Assembly (NCBI GenBank): GCA_965655095.1
Contig: OZ296649.1
Location: 94,860,001-94,924,000, forward strand
Source of the DNA: Haplodiscus bocki
Lineage: Eukaryota
Length of the DNA: 64,000 nucleotides
Direction of reading: 5' to 3'
In this document: positions 61,451-64,000 of the stretch, in pieces
Numbering within the stretch: position 1 is the stretch's first letter
Layout of the letters: every line of letters begins with the position of its first letter
Notes under the pieces: generated by a model
Database searches by the model: none
What the model saw: only the letters and a program-made list of their open reading frames with translations
Told to the model about the DNA's origin: nothing
Program-made: the position numbers and the translations under genes

Positions 61451-62160
61451 TGTGGGGATCACAGAACGAGAAATTCAGGGAGAAAAAGTTTAAAAAAAAA
61501 CATTGTTTTGACCCCAGAGATACCGGGCTACTGGAAAAAAACTAATACCCGAAGGAAAAGTTCAATATAATTACATCCAAAGTTAAATTTTTGAACAGAT
61601 TTATAAACTTCTAATTTTTTCGGCTTTTTGGAAGATGGAAAGTTTTTTCCCAATCTTTTGAAAATATTTTATAAATAACGATTTGCTTCTTTTTCGTTGA
61701 AAAACGGATAACCATTCAAAAACCCTAACTTTGTCTGAAGAACCCTTTTTTGCTGTTATAACGTAAGAATGTGTCATTATTTTTTTAAAAATATGTGAAA
61801 ACTCTGGCCGACAGCGGGATCCGAACGAGCCACCTCTGGTTTTTGAGCCCACACACTTGTACTGTACAAGAGAACAACTTATGTTGTCTTGTTCTTGTCT
61901 TGTAACAAACATATTAGAAGTCTGTGCGTCATGGGCAAAATCAGGAAAGGAAAAAACTCCAAATACTGAAATGATTATTTACCTTTCGAAAAAAATTTGC
62001 GACGCAAAATTAAAAAGTCCATCAATGTAGTAACGTTGCATACCACGTGATTATCAATACGGGAGGTGATTGTGAAAACTCTAAATTTCCTTGTTGATGG
62101 GGAAATAAACTATGTTTTCGATTTATGAAGGTAGTGTGTGTAGTAAAATAACGTTTACTA

Positions 62161-62941
62161 ATCCCGGATTCACCACCATACAAAAAAAACAGGGAAATCA
62201 TAGAAAGTCATATATGGTGATCTATGAAAATATTAAAGTCATACAAAGACCATAGATGTTTATGGTAACATGCAAGTCATAAAAAGACCATACTTATGTA
62301 TGCTACCATGCAAGTCAAACACTGTGCCATAGTATGGAAGAGCATGCAAGAATTTTATCAGATTACGATAACCTATTGTATTGAACAAAAATTTGACTTC
62401 AAATATTCATGGAGAACTTAGTAAAAAAGTGTGTAGTTCAAAATTTCTGGCAATAATATGACTGAGTAACCTAATAAATGCCATCTACGTTTTTTTTGGT
62501 TGCCTAAAATTAAAACTGAGTTTTTGTGGAATCCCATTCCCGAAAAGTTTAGTCAACAGTGATGTAGTGTTGGACAAACTACAACAAATGTATGTCTTTC
62601 TTTCGCAGCAAATACGCGGAAAGTTGAACTCTGAAAGTTGCTGACGAGCGTTCCCCTTGGGTCTTGAGGTTTTCAAGACCTTGGAATTACTCGTAACTAT
62701 GTAAGTTACAAATTGGAAGTTGTTTGTCGAAAAAATTCAAGAAAAACATTGAAATCATTGTATGACCATACAAAAAAAACATTAAAGTCATTAACTGGCC
62801 ATACAAGTTAATGGCTGACAGGCTTTCTATACAATGGCCATAGAAAAAAAAACAGGAAACTAATGGTATTGCCATAAGTTGTTTTTTTGTATGACACTTT
62901 ATGTTGCATAGTATGATTTGCATGTCAGGTCAACCTGAGAT
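62161..62941. mobile_element. Possible degenerate non-autonomous DNA transposon with ends related to the 54160 MITE
   Basis: ATCCCGGATTCACC at left and GGTCAACCTGAGAT at right; internal CCATA/TATGG short repeats. Confidence 0.4.
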
Positions 62942-64000
62942 ATATTAAGGAAAATTATAAGCAACTTCGAATACGTGATCAAAAGTATTATGAATGAAGG
63001 TGTTCAATCAATCAGTCCGAACGGTAGTCCGTCCAACAATTTTTCATAAAATGCAGTCGTTTCTAAGTCAAATGTTTGCCGGAAGAATTCTTTGATTTTT
63101 AAATTTTTATACTGTTGCAGGTATATTTCTTCGCTTTCAATTTTCAAGCAAGGGTTTCCGCTCAGTAAGGATTTTAAAGCAAATGTTCCTGATAAAGTTG
63201 CTACGGCCGTCGTTGGTTCCCTTGTTTACTTTGAATTTTGTTGTCACTTTTTTTACTCCAGTTTAATAGGCAAATTAAAGTTACTCAAATGGGGGATAAA
63301 TTCATCTTTTGCCAGAACAGGGTCCTCACAGTTTCATTTCTAGTTCTCATGCAAAAAAACACAAAAATCAGTGTTTTTCTAAACTGATGTTCAGACGATG
63401 ACACTCAAGGTCAAAGATGAGACTTTCCATGCTTTTCTACTGTTCTAAAGAACATTGGGGGTGGGTTCAACTGAGAAAAAGACAAAAATAATTTCAGCGC
63501 ACTGAAACACCTCCTTCAAAAAAATAACAAATCATCGCGTAGAGACTGTAAAAACCAATGAATTTTATAATTTCAGGGTTTTTATCCATTTTGAATTTTT
63601 GAACGGAAGAACTACTTTTGGATCTTTTCTATTAACTCCCCCCCCCCCCCACTGGCTTAACTGGTATTGAAAGAAAAGAGTAAACATAATTAAAAACAGT
63701 AACTATGACGACCCAAATTTCCAACGGGACAGTGAGAATTATCCAGAAGAAAAATAAGTCACTCAAGAAAAACTAACCCATAAGGTAGTACAAACTACTT
63801 CATCAAGAAGATCACAGATCAGATCACAAGTTAAAAAAGCAAAAACATCCCTTTGAACGATTTCCACTGAAAGCAAACTATTGCAAACTGCAACGGAGAA
63901 AAACGACAAGGATGAAGAAATATGTGATCCATTTGAAAATGAAAACTCGACAGGTCCCAACGGGTCGAGCGAGATTTTTCGAACGGATATTTACCTCCAC

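Noticed and set aside
63638-64000. C13 run and coding-like frame at the window end
   Set aside because: Simple homopolymer; the frame has stops and is cut by the window edge.

Overview
AT-rich eukaryotic (animal-like) genomic DNA dominated by mobile elements. No intact host gene could be supported. (1) A complete, young 18,346-bp Polinton/Maverick (polintovirus, 'adintovirus'-type) lies at 2077-20422. It has a 6-bp TSD (TATGTT) and 909-bp near-perfect TIRs that continue as degenerate homology to about 1.27 kb. It encodes protein-primed PolB with a vOTU-like domain, a retroviral-type integrase, a major capsid protein, two minor-capsid paralogs, an A32-like ATPase, an adenain-like protease and about 13 accessory genes. 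It carries two nonsense codons and at least three homopolymer frameshifts. Notable details: ends identical to the adenovirus core origin (AATAATATAC); TAAATG at 19 of 20 gene starts; a membrane protein with overlapping ESCRT late-domain motifs (LYPSAPL); and an accessory gene bracketed by 48-bp direct repeats inside the relic of a TIR-proximal gene. (2) A 1.9-kb solo LTR (30872-32797, TSD GGTGC). (3) An old 14.2-kb Ty3/Gypsy element (36482-50686, TSD CTAAC) whose gag starts inside the LTR and which carries about 5 kb of extra degenerate coding-like DNA after pol. (4) Small MITE-like elements and a decayed ~180-bp-unit array (~56-61.4 kb). All family assignments come from motif recognition by eye, not from database searches.
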